Origin: the human T2T-CHM13v2.0 reference genome, Homo sapiens
Strand: one strand, 5' to 3'
Length of the DNA: 64,000 nt
Assembly: GCF_009914755.1 (NCBI RefSeq)
Contig: NC_060947.1
Shown here: one piece after another, positions 10,201 through 22,999 of the stretch
How the letters are laid out: each line of letters begins with the position of its first letter
Position numbering within the stretch: the first letter of the stretch is position 1
Notes under the pieces: generated by a model
Databases searched by the model: none
Told to the model about the DNA's origin: nothing
The model's input: the letters and a program-made list of their open reading frames with translations, nothing else
Position numbers and translations under genes: made by a program

Positions 10201-13200
10201 AGGAAGGTTCAACTCTGTGAGTTGAATACAAACATCACAAAGAATGTTCTGAGTTTGCTTCCGTTCAGTTATGGGAAGTTGATCCCGTTTCCAACGAAAT
10301 CCTCAGAGAGGTCCAAATATCCCCTTGCAGATTCTACAAAACGTGTGTTTGGAAACTGCTCCATCATAACGAATGTTCAGCTCCCTGAGTTAAACTCCAT
10401 CGTCACAAAGAATTTTCTGAGAGTGCTACCGTCTGGTTTTTATATGAAGTTCTTTCCTTCACTACCACAGGCCTCAAAGTGGTCCAAATCTCCACTTGCA
10501 GATTCTACAAAAAGAGTGTTTGCAAACTGCTCTATCAAAAGGAATGTTCAACTCTGGGAGTTGAATGCAATCATCACAGAGCAGTTTCTGAGAATGCTTC
10601 TATGTCGTTTTTAGGAGAAGATATTTCCTTTTCCAACACAATCCTCCAAGCCCGCTAAATAGCCACTTGCACATTGTAGAAAAAGTGTGTCAAAGCTGCG
10701 CTATCAAAGGGAAAGTTCAACTCTGTCAGGTGAATGCAAACATCCCAAAGAAGTTTCTGAGAATGCTTCCGTTTAGCTTTTAGGTGAAGATTATCCCGTT
10801 TCCAACGAAACCTTCAAAGAGGTCCAAATATCCCCTTGCGGATCCCACAGAAAGAGTGTTTCGAAACTGCTGTTTCAAAAGGAATCTTCAACTCTGTGAG
10901 TTGAATGCAATCATCACAAAGAAGTTTCTGACAATGCTTCTCTCTCGTCTTTCTGTGAAGATAAAGGAAAAGGCTTTCAGGCCTTTTCCACCACAGGCCT
11001 GAAAGCGCTCCAAATGTCCACTTGCAGATTCTGCCAAAAGAATATTTCAAAACTGCTCTATGAAAAGCAATGTTAAACTCTGTGGCTGGAACACAAACAT
11101 CACAAAGCGGTTTCTGAGAATGTTTCAGTTTAGTTTTTCTGTGGAAATATTCCCGTTTCCAAAGAAATCTTCAAAGAGGTCCACGTATCCACTTACAGAT
11201 TCTACAAAAAGACAGTTTCAAAACTGCTCCATCAAAAGGAGGGTTCAACTGTGTGACTTGAATGCAATCATCACTCAGAAGTTTCTGAGAATGCTTCTCT
11301 TTAGTTTTTACGTGAACATATACCCGTTTCGAACGAAGGCCACCCAGTGGTCCAAATATCCACTTGCAGATTCTACAGAAAGAGTGTTTCGAACCTGAAC
11401 TCTCAAAGGCAGGTTCATCTCTGCGAGTTAAATGCATTCATCATGAAGAACTTTCTCAGAGTGTTTGTGTTTAGTTATGGGAAATTATTCCCGTTTCCAA
11501 CGAAATCCTCAGAGAGCTCCAAATATCCACCTGCAGATTCTACCAAAAGTGTATTTGGAAACTGCTCCATCAAAAGGCATGTTCAGCTCTGTGAGTGAAA
11601 CTCCATCATCACAAAGAATATTCTGAGAATGCTTCCGTTTGCCTTTTATATGAAGTTCCTTCCTGTACTACCGTAGGCCTCAAAGCAGTCCAAATCTCCA
11701 TTTGCAGATTCTACAAAAAGAGTGATTCCAATCTGCTCTATCAATAGGATTGTTCAACTCCATGAGTTGAATGCCATCCTCACAAAGTAGTTTCTGAGAA
11801 TGCTTCTATCTGGTTTTTGTGTGAAGATATTTCCTTTTCCACCACAGGCCTCAAAGCCCTCCAAACGTCCACTTGCAGATTCTAGAAAAAGAGTGTTTCA
11901 TAGCTGCTCTTTCAAAAGGAAAGTTCAACTCTGGGAGTTGAATACAAACATCACAAAATAGTTTCCGAGAATGCTTCAGTTTAGTTTTTATGTGAAGATG
12001 ATCCCGTTTCCAGTGAAATCTTCAAAGAGGTCCACATATCCCCTTGCAGATTCCAAAGAAAGAGGGTTTCAAAACTGCTCCATCAGAAGGATTGTTCAAC
12101 TCTGTGAGTTGAATGCAGTCATCGCAGAAAACTTTCTGAGAATGCTTCTGTCTAGGTTTGATGTGAAGATATAGATGTTTCAAACGAAGGCTACAAAGTG
12201 GTCAAAATATACACTTGCAGATTCTACTACAAGGGTGTTGCAAACCTGAACTATCAAAGGAAGGTTCAACTCTGTGAGTTGAATACAAACATCACAAAGA
12301 ATGTTCTGAGTTTGCTTCCGTTCAGTTATGGGAAGTTGATCCCGTTTCCAACGAAATCCTCAGAGAGGTCCAAATATCCCCTTGCAGATTCTACAAAACG
12401 TGTGTTTGGAAACTGCTCCATCATAACGAATGTTCAGCTCCCTGAGTTAAACTCCATCGTCACAAAGAATTTTCTGAGAGTGCTACCGTCTGGTTTTTAT
12501 ATGAAGTTCTTTCCTTCACTACCACAGGCCTCAAAGCGGTCCAAATCTCCACTTGCAGATTCTACAAAAAGAGTGTTTGCAAACTGCTCTATCAAAAGGA
12601 ATGTTCAACTCTGGGAGTTGAATGCAATCATCACAGAGCAGTTTCTGAGAATGCTTCTATGTCGTTTTTAGGAGAAGATATTTCCTTTTCCAACACAGTC
12701 CTCCAAGCCCGCTAAATAGCCACTTGCACATTGTAGAAAAAGTGTGTCAAAGCTGCGCTATCAAAGGGAAAGTTCAACTCTGTGAGGTGAATGCAAACAT
12801 CCCAAAGAAGTTTCTGAGAATGCTTCCGTTTAGCTTTTAGGTGAAGATTATCCTGTTTCCAACGAAACCTTCAAAGAGGTCCAAATATCCCCTTGCGGAT
12901 CCCACAGAAAGAGTGTTTCGAAACTGCTGTTTCAAAAGGAATCTTCAACTCTGTGAGTTGAATGCAATCATCACAAAGAAGTTTCTGACAATGCTTCTCT
13001 CTCGTCTTTCTGTGAAGATAAAGGAAAAGGCTTTCAGGCCTTTTCCACCACAGGCCTGAAAGCGCTCCAAATGTCCACTTGCAGATTCTGCGAAAAGAAT
13101 ATTTCAAAACTGCTCTATGAAAAGCAATGTTAAACTCTGTGGCTCGAACACAAACATCACAAAGCGGTTTCTGAGAATGCTTCAGTTTAGTTTTTCTGTG

Positions 13201-16200
13201 GAAATATTCCCGTTTCCAAAGAAATCTTCAAAGAGGTCCACGTATCCACTTACAGATTCTACAAAAAGACAGTTTCAAAACTGCTCCATCAAAAGGAGGG
13301 TTCAACTGTGTGACTTGAATGCAATCATCACTCAGAAGTTTCTGAGAATGCTTCTCTTTAGTTTTTACGTGAACATATACCCGTTTCGAACGAAGGCCAC
13401 CCAGTGGTCCAAATATCCACTTGCAGATTCTACAGAAAGAGTGTTTCGAACCTGAACTCTCAAAGGCAGGTTCATCTCTGCGAGTTAAATGCATTCATCA
13501 TGAAGAACTTTCTCAGAGTGTTTGTGTTTAGTTATGGGAAATTATTCCCGTTTCCAACGAAATCCTCAGAGAGCTCCAGATATCCACCTGCAGATTCTAC
13601 CAAAAGTGTATTTGGAAACTGCTCCATCAAAAGGCATGTTCAGCTCTGTGAGTGAAACTCCATCATCACAAAGAATATTCTGAGAATGCTTCCGTTTGCC
13701 TTTTATCTGAAGGTCCTTCCTATACGACCGTAGGCCTCAAAGCAGTCCAAATCTCCATTTGCAGATTCTACAAAAAGAGTGATTCCAATCTGCTCTATCA
13801 ATAGGATTGTTCAACTCCATGAGTTGAATGCCATCCTCACAAAGTCGTTTCTGAGAATGCTTCTATCTAGTTTTTATGTGAAGATATTTCCTTTTCCACC
13901 ACAGGCCTCAAAGCCCTCCAAACGTCCACTTGCAGATTCTCGAAAAGGAGTGTTTCATAGCTGCTCTTTCAAAAGGAAAGTTCAACTCTGGGAGTTGAAT
14001 ACAAACATCACAAAGTAGTTTCCGAGAATGCTTCTGTTTAGTTTTTATGTGAAGATGATCCCGTTTCCAGTGAAATCTTCAAAGAGGTCCACATATCCCC
14101 TTGCAGATTCCAAAGAAAGAGGGTTTCAAAACTGCTCCATCAGAAGGATTGTTCAACTCTGTGAGTTGAATGCAGTCATCGCAGAAAACTTTCTGAGAAT
14201 GCTTCTGTCTAGGTTTGATGTGAAGATATAGACGTTTCAAACGAAGGCTACAAAGTGGTCAAAATATACACTTGCAGATTCTACTACAAGGGTGTTGCAA
14301 ACCTGAACTATCAAAGGAAGGTTCAACTCTGTGAGTTGAATACAAACATCACAAAGAATGTTCTGAGTTTGCTTCCGTTCAGTTATGGGAAGTTGATCCC
14401 GTTTCCAATGAAATCCTCAGAGAGGTCAAAATATCCCCTCGCAGATTCTACAAAACGTGTGTTTGGAAACTGCTCCATCATAACGAATGTTCAGCTCCCT
14501 GAGTTAAACTCCATCGTCACAAAGAATTTTCTGAGAGTGCTACCGTCTGGTTTTTATATGAAGTTCTTTCCTTCACTACCACAGGCCTCAAAGCGGTCCA
14601 AATCTCCACTTGCAGATTCTACAAAAAGAGTGTTTGCAAACTGCTCTATCAAAAGGAATGTTCAACTCTGGGAGTTGAATGCAATCATCACAGAGCAGTT
14701 TCTGAGAATGCTTCTATGTCGTTTTTAGGAGAAGATATTTCCTTTTCCAACACAGTCCTCCAAGCCCGCTAAATAGCCACTTGCACATTGTAGAAAAAGT
14801 GTGTCAAAGCTGCGCTATCAAAGGGAAAGTTCAACTCTGTCAGGTGAATGCAAACATCCCAAAGAAGTTTCTGAGAATGCTTCCGTTTAGCTTTTAGGTG
14901 AAGATTATCCCGTTTCCAACGAAACCTTCAAAGAGGTCCAAATATCCCCTTGCGGATCCCACAGAAAGAGTGTTTCGAAACTGCTGTTTCAAAAGGAATC
15001 TTCAACTCTGTGAGTTGAATGCAATCATCACAAAGAAGTTTCTGACAATGCTTCTCTCTCGTCTTTCTGTGAAGATAAAGGAAAAGGCTTTCAGGCCTTT
15101 GCCACCACAGGCCTGAAAGCGGTCCAAATGTCCACTTGCAGATTCTGCCAAAAGAATATTTCAAAACTGCTCTATGAAAAGCAATGTTAAACTCTGCGGC
15201 TCGAACACAAACATCACAAAGCGGTTTCTGAGAATGCTTCAGTTTAGTTTTTCTGTGGAAATATTCCCGTTTCCAAAGAAATCTTCAAAGAGGTCCACGT
15301 ATCCACTTACAGATTCTACAAAAAGACAGTTTCAAAACTGCTCCATCAAAAGGAGGGTTCAACTGTGTGACTTGAATGCAATCATCACTCAGAAGTTTCT
15401 GAGAATGCTTCTCTTTAGTTTTTACGTGAACATATACCCGTTTCGAACGAAGGCCACCCAGTGGTCCAAATATCCACTTGCAGATTCTACAGAAAGAGTG
15501 TTTCGAACCTGAACTCTCAAAGGCAGGTTCATCTCTGCGAGTTAAATGCATTCATCATGAAGAACTTTCTCAGCGTGTTTGTGTTTAGTTATGGGAAATT
15601 ATTCCCGTTTCCAACGAAATCCTCAGAGAGCTCCAAATATCCACCTGCAGATTCTACCAAAAGTGTATTTGGAAACTGCTCCATCAAAAGGCATGTTTAG
15701 CTCTGTGAGTGAAACTCCATCATCACAAAGAATATTCTGAGAATGCTTCCGTTTGCCTTTTATATGAAGTTCCTTCCTGTACTACCGTAGGCCTCAAAGC
15801 AGTCCAAATCTCCATTTGCAGATTCTACAAAAAGAGTGATTCCAATCTGCTCTATCAATAGGATTGTTCAACTCCATTAGTTGAATGCCATCCTCACAAA
15901 GTAGTTTCTGAGAATGCTTCTATCTGGTTTTTGTGTGAAGATATTTCCTTTTCCACCACAGGCCTCAAAGCCCTCCAAACGTCCACTTGCAGATTCTCGA
16001 AAAAGAGTGTTTCATAGCTGCTCTTTCAAAAGGAAAGTTCAACTCTGGGAGTTGAATACAAACATCACAAAGTAGTTTCCGAGAATGCTTCAGTTTAGTT
16101 TTTATGTGAAGATGATCCCGTTTCCAGTGAAATCTTCAAAGAGGTCCACATATCCCCTTGAAGATTCCAAAGAAAGAGGGTTTCAAAACTGCTCCATCAG

Positions 16201-19200
16201 AAGGATTGTTCAACTCTGTGAGTTGAATGCAGTCATCGCAGAAAACTTTCTGAGAATGCTTCTGTCTAGGTTTGATGTGAAGATATAGATGTTTCAAACG
16301 AAGGCTACAAAGTGGTCAAAATATACACTTGCAGATTCTACTACAAGGGTGTTGCAAACCTGAACTATCAAAGGAAGGTTCAACTCTGTGAGTTGAATAC
16401 AAACATCACAAAGAATGTTCTGAGTTTGCTTCCGTTCAGTTATGGGAAGTTGATCCCGTTTCCAACGAAATCCTCAGAGAGGTCCAAATATCCCCTTGCA
16501 GATTCTACAAAACGTGTGTTTGGAAACTGCTCCATCATAACGAATGTTCAGCTCCCTGAGTTAAACTCCATCGTCACAAAGAATTTTCTGAGAGTGCTAC
16601 CGTCTGGTTTTTATATGAAGTTCTTTCCTTCACTACCACAGGCCTCAAAGCGGTCCAAATCTCCACTTGCAGATTCTACAAAAAGAGTGTTTGCAAACTG
16701 CTCTATCAAAAGGAATGTTCAACTCTGGGAGTTGAATGCAATCATCACAGAGCAGTTTCTGAGAATGCTTCTATGTCGTTTTTAGGAGAAGATATTTCCT
16801 TTTCCAACACAATCCTCCAAGCCCGCTAAATAGCCACTTGCACATTGTAGAAAAAGTGTGTCAAAGCTGCGCTATCAAAGGGAAAGTTCAACTCTGTGAG
16901 GTGAATGCAAACATCCCAAAGAAGTTTCTGAGAATGCTTCCGTTTAGCTTTTAGGTGAAGATTATCCCGTTTCCAACGAAACCTTCAAAGAGGTCCAAAT
17001 ATCCCCTTGCGGATCCCACAGAAAGAGTGTTTCGAAACTGCTGTTTCAAAAGGAATCTTCAACTCTGTGAGTTGAATGCAATCATCACAAAGAAGTTTCT
17101 GACAATGCTTCTCTCTCGTCTTTCTGTGAAGATAAAGGAAAAGGCTTTCAGGCCTTTTCCACCACAGGCCTGAAAGCGCTCCAAATGTCCACTTGCAGAT
17201 TCTGCCAAAAGAATATTTCAAAACTGCTCTATGAAAAGCAATGTTAAACTCTGTGGCTGGAACACAAACATCACAAAGCGGTTTCTGAGAATGTTTCAGT
17301 TTAGTTTTTCTGTGGAAATATTCCCGTTTCCAAAGAAATCTTCAAAGAGGTCCACGTATCCACTTACAGATTCTACAAAAAGACAGTTTCAAAACTGCTC
17401 CATCAAAAGGAGGGTTCAACTGTGTGACTTGAATGCAATCATCACTCAGAAGTTTCTGAGAATGCTTCTCTTTAGTTTTTACGTGAACATATACCCGTTT
17501 CGAACGAAGGCCACCCAGTGGTCCAAATATCCACTTGCAGATTCTACAGAAAGAGTGTTTCGAACCTGAACTCTCAAAGGCAGGTTCATCTCTGCGAGTT
17601 AAATGCATTCATCATGAAGAACTTTCTCAGAGTGTTTGTGTTTAGTTATGGGAAATTATTCCCGTTTCCAAAGAAATCCTCAGAGAGCTCCAAATATCCA
17701 CCTGCAGATTCTACCAAAAGTGTATTTGGAAACTGCTCCATCAAAAGGCATGTTCAGCTCTGTGAGTGAAACTCCATCATCACAAAGAATATTCTGAGAA
17801 TGCTTCCGTTTGCCTTTTATCTGAAGTTCCTTCATACACGACCGTAGGCCTCAAAGCAGTCCAAATCTCCATTTGCAGATTCTACAAAAAGAGTGATTCC
17901 AATCTGCTCTATCAATAGGATTGTTCAACTCCATGAGTTGAATGCCATCCTCACAAAGTCGTTTCTGAGAATGCTTCTATCTAGTTTTTATGTGAAGATA
18001 TTTCCTTTTCCACCACAGGCCTCAAAGCCCTCCAAACGTCCACTTGCAGATTCTCGAAAAGGAGTGTTTCATAGCTGCTCTTTCAAAAGGAAAGTTCAAC
18101 TCTGGGAGTTGAATACAAACATCACAAAGTAGTTTCCGAGAATGCTTCTGTTTAGTTTTTATGTGAAGATGATCCCGTTTCCAGTGAAATCTTCAAAGAG
18201 GTCCACATATCCCCTTGCAGATTCCAAAGAAAGAGGGTTTCAAAACTGCTCCATCAGAAGGATTGTTCAACTCTGTGAGTTGAATGCAGTCATCGTAGAA
18301 AACTTTCTGAGAATGCTTCTGTCTAGGTTTGATGTGAAGATATAGACGTTTCAAACGAAGGCTACAAAGTGGTCAAAATATACACTTGCAGATTCTACTA
18401 CAAGGGTGTTGCAAACCTGAACTATCAAAGGAAGGTTCAACTCTGTGAGTTGAATACAAACATCACAAAGAATGTTCTGAGTTTGCTTCCGTTCAGTTAT
18501 GGGAAGTTGATCCCGTTTCCAACGAAATCCTCAGAGAGGTCCAAATATCCCCTCGCAGATTCTACAAAACGTGTGTTTGGAAACTGCTCCATCATAACGA
18601 ATGTTCAGCTCCCTGAGTTAAACTCCATCGTCACAAAGAATTTTCTGAGAGTGCTACCGTCTGGTTTTTATATGAAGTTCTTTCCTTCACTACCACAGGC
18701 CTCAAAGCGGTCCAAATCTCCACTTGCAGATTCTACAAAAAGAGTGTTTGCAAACTGCTCTATCAAAAGGAATGTTCAACTCTGGGAGTTGAATGCAATC
18801 ATCACAGAGCAGTTTCTGAGAATGCTTCTATGTCGTTTTTGGGAGAAGATATTTCCTTTTCCAACACAGTCCTCCAAGCCCGCTAAATAGCCACTTGCAC
18901 ATTGTAGAAAAAGTGTGTCAAAGCTGCGCTATCAAAGGGAAAGTTCAACTCTGTGAGGTGAATGCAAACATCCCAAAGAAGTTTCTGAGAATGCTTCCGT
19001 TTAGCTTTTAGGTGAGGATTATCCCGTTTCCAACGAAACCTTCAAAGAGGTCCAAATATCCCCTTGCGGATCCCACAGAAAGAGTGTTTCGAAACTGCTG
19101 TTTCAAAAGGAATCTTCAACTCTGTGAGTTGAATGCAATCATCACAAAGAAGTTTCTGACAATGCTTCTCTCTCGTCTTTCTGTGAAGATAAAGGAAAAG

Positions 19201-22200
19201 GCTTTCAGGCCTTTGCCACCACAGGCCTGAAAGCGCTCCAAATGTCCACTTGCAGATTCTGCCAAAAGAATATTTCAAAACTGCTCTATGAAAAGCAATG
19301 TTAAACTCTGTGGCTCGAACACAAACATCACAAAGCGGTCTCTGAGAATGCTTCAGTTTAGTTTTTCTGTGGAAATATTCCCGTTTCCAAAGAAATCTTC
19401 AAAGAGGTCCACGTATCCACTTACAGATTCTACAAAAAGACAGTTTCAAAACTGCTCAATCAAAAGGAGGGTTCAACTGTGTGACTTGAATGCAATCATC
19501 ACTCAGAAGTTTCTGAGAATGCTTCTCTTTAGTTTTTACGTGAACATATACCCGTTTCGAACGAAGGCCACCCAGTGGTCCAAATGTCCACTTGCAGATT
19601 CTACAGAAAGAGTGTTTCGAACCTGAACTCTCAAAGGCAGGTTCATCTCTGCGAGTTAAATGCATTCATCATGAAGAACTTTCTCAGCGTGTTTGTGTTT
19701 AGTTATGGGAAATTATTCCCGTTCCCAACGAAATCCTCAGAGAGGTCCAAATGTCCACCTGCAGATTCTACCAAAAGTGTATTTGGAAACTGCTCCATCA
19801 ACAGGCATGTTCAGCTCTGTGAGTGAAACTCCATCATCACAAAGAATATTCTGAGAATGCTTCCGTTTGCCTTTTATATGAAGTTCCTTCCTATACGACC
19901 GTAGGCCTCAAAGCAGTGCAAATCTCCATTTGCAGATTCTACAAAAAGAGTGATTCCAATCTGCTCTATCAATAGGATTGTTCAACTCCATGAGTTGAAT
20001 GCCATCCTCACAAAGTCGTTTCTGAGAATGCTTCTATCTAGTTTTTATGTGAAGATATTTCCTTTTCCACCACAGGCCTCAAAGCCCTCCAAACGTCCAC
20101 TTGCAGATTCTCGAAAAAGAGTGTTTCATAGCTGCTCTTTCAAAAGGAAAGTTCAACTCTGGGAGTTGAATACAAACATCACAAAGTAGTTTCCGAGAAT
20201 GCTTCTGTTTAGTTTTTATGTGAAGATGATCCCGTTTCCAGTGAAATCTTCAAAGAGGTCCACATATCCCCTTGCAGATTCCAAAGAAAGAGGGTTTCAA
20301 AACTGCTCCATCAGAAGGATTGTTCAACTCTGTGAGTTGAATGCAGTCATCGCAGAAAACTTTCTGAGAATGCTTCTGTCTAGGTTTGATGTGAAGATAT
20401 AGACGTTTCAAACGAAGGCTACAAAGTGGTCAAAATATACACTTGCAGATTCTACTACAAGGGTGTTGCAAACCTGAACTATCAAAGGAAGGTTCAACTC
20501 TGTGAGTTGAATACAAACATCACAAAGAATGTTCTGAGTTTGCTTCCGTTCAGTTATGGGAAGTTGATCCCGTTTCCAATGAAATCCTCAGAGAGGTCAA
20601 AATATCCCCTCGCAGATTCTACAAAACGTGTGTTTGGAAACTGCTCCATCATAACGAATGTTCAGCTCCCTGAGTTAAACTCCATCGTCACAAAGAATTT
20701 TCTGAGAGTGCTACCGTCTGGTTTTTATATGAAGTTCTTTCCTTCACTACCACAGGCCTCAAAGCGGTCCAAATCTCCACTTGCAGATTCTACAAAAAGA
20801 GTGTTTGCAAACTGCTCTATCAAAAGGAATGTTCAACTCTGGGAGTTGAATGCAATCATCACAGAGCAGTTTCTGAGAATGCTTCTATGTCGTTTTTAGG
20901 AGAAGATATTTCCTTTTCCAACACAGTCCTCCAAGCCCGCTAAATAGCCACTTGCACATTGTAGAAAAAGTGTGTCAAAGCTGCGCTATCAAAGGGAAAG
21001 TTCAACTCTGTCAGGTGAATGCAAACATCCCAAAGAAGTTTCTGAGAATGCTTCCGTTTAGCTTTTAGGTGAAGATTATCCCGTTTCCAACGAAACCTTC
21101 AAAGAGGTCCAAATATCCCCTTGCGGATCCCACAGAAAGAGTGTTTCGAAACTGCTGTTTCAAAAGGAATCTTCAACTCTGTGAGTTGAATGCAATCATC
21201 ACAAAGAAGTTTCTGACAATGCTTCTCTCTCGTCTTTCTGTGAAGATAAAGGAAAAGGCTTTCAGGCCTTTGCCACCACAGGCCTGAAAGCGGTCCAAAT
21301 GTCCACTTGCAGATTCTGCCAAAAGAATATTTCAAAACTGCTCTATGAAAAGCAATGTTAAACTCTGCGGCTCGAACACAAACATCACAAAGCGGTTTCT
21401 GAGAATGCTTCAGTTTAGTTTTTCTGTGGAAATATTCCCGTTTCCAAAGAAATCTTCAAAGAGGTCCACGTATCCACTTACAGATTCTACAAAAAGACAG
21501 TTTCAAAACTGCTCCATCAAAAGGAGGGTTCAACTGTGTGACTTGAATGCAATCATCACTCAGAAGTTTCTGAGAATGCTTCTCTTTAGTTTTTACGTGA
21601 ACATATACCCGTTTCGAACGAAGGCCACCCAGTGGTCCAAATATCCACTTGCAGATTCTACAGAAAGAGTGTTTCGAACCTGAACTCTCAAAGGCAGGTT
21701 CATCTCTGCGAGTTAAATGCATTCATCATGAAGAACTTTCTCAGCGTGTTTGTGTTTAGTTATGGGAAATTATTCCCGTTTCCAACGAAATCCTCAGAGA
21801 GCTCCAAATATCCACCTGCAGATTCTACCAAAAGTGTATTTGGAAACTGCTCCATCAAAAGGCATGTTTAGCTCTGTGAGTGAAACTCCATCATCACAAA
21901 GAATATTCTGAGAATGCTTCCGTTTGCCTTTTATATGAAGTTCCTTCCTGTACTACCGTAGGCCTCAAAGCAGTCCAAATCTCCATTTGCAGATTCTACA
22001 AAAAGAGTGATTCCAATCTGCTCTATCAATAGGATTGTTCAACTCCATTAGTTGAATGCCATCCTCACAAAGTAGTTTCTGAGAATGCTTCTATCTGGTT
22101 TTTGTGTGAAGATATTTCCTTTTCCACCACAGGCCTCAAAGCCCTCCAAACGTCCACTTGCAGATTCTCGAAAAAGAGTGTTTCATAGCTGCTCTTTCAA

Positions 22201-22999
22201 AAGGAAAGTTCAACTCTGGGAGTTGAATACAAACATCACAAAGTAGTTTCCGAGAATGCTTCTGTTTAGTTTTTATGTGAAGATGATCCCGTTTCCAGTG
22301 AAATCTTCAAAGAGGTCCACATATCCCCTTGAAGATTCCAAAGAAAGAGGGTTTCAAAACTGCTCCATCAGAAGGATTGTTCAACTCTGTGAGTTGAATG
22401 CAGTCATCGCAGAAAACTTTCTGAGAATGCTTCTGTCTAGGTTTGATGTGAAGATATAGATGTTTCAAACGAAGGCTACAAAGTGGTCAAAATATACACT
22501 TGCAGATTCTACTACAAGGGTGTTGCAAACCTGAACTATCAAAGGAAGGTTCAACTCTGTGAGTTGAATACAAACATCACAAAGAATGTTCTGAGTTTGC
22601 TTCCGTTCAGTTATGGGAAGTTGATCCCGTTTCCAACGAAATCCTCAGAGAGGTCCAAATATCCCCTTGCAGATTCTACAAAACGTGTGTTTGGAAACTG
22701 CTCCATCATAACGAATGTTCAGCTCCCTGAGTTAAACTCCATCGTCACAAAGAATTTTCTGAGAGTGCTACCGTCTGGTTTTTATATGAAGTTCTTTCCT
22801 TCACTACCACAGGCCTCAAAGCGGTCCAAATCTCCACTTGCAGATTCTACAAAAAGAGTGTTTGCAAACTGCTCTATCAAAAGGAATGTTCAACTCTGGG
22901 AGTTGAATGCAATCATCACAGAGCAGTTTCTGAGAATGCTTCTATGTCGTTTTTAGGAGAAGATATTTCCTTTTCCAACACAATCCTCCAAGCCCGCTA

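Noticed and set aside
18369-18890. Longest ORF (173 aa)
   Set aside because: A single private TAG>TGG change at about 18841 extends a satellite pseudo-ORF; there is no sign of coding function.
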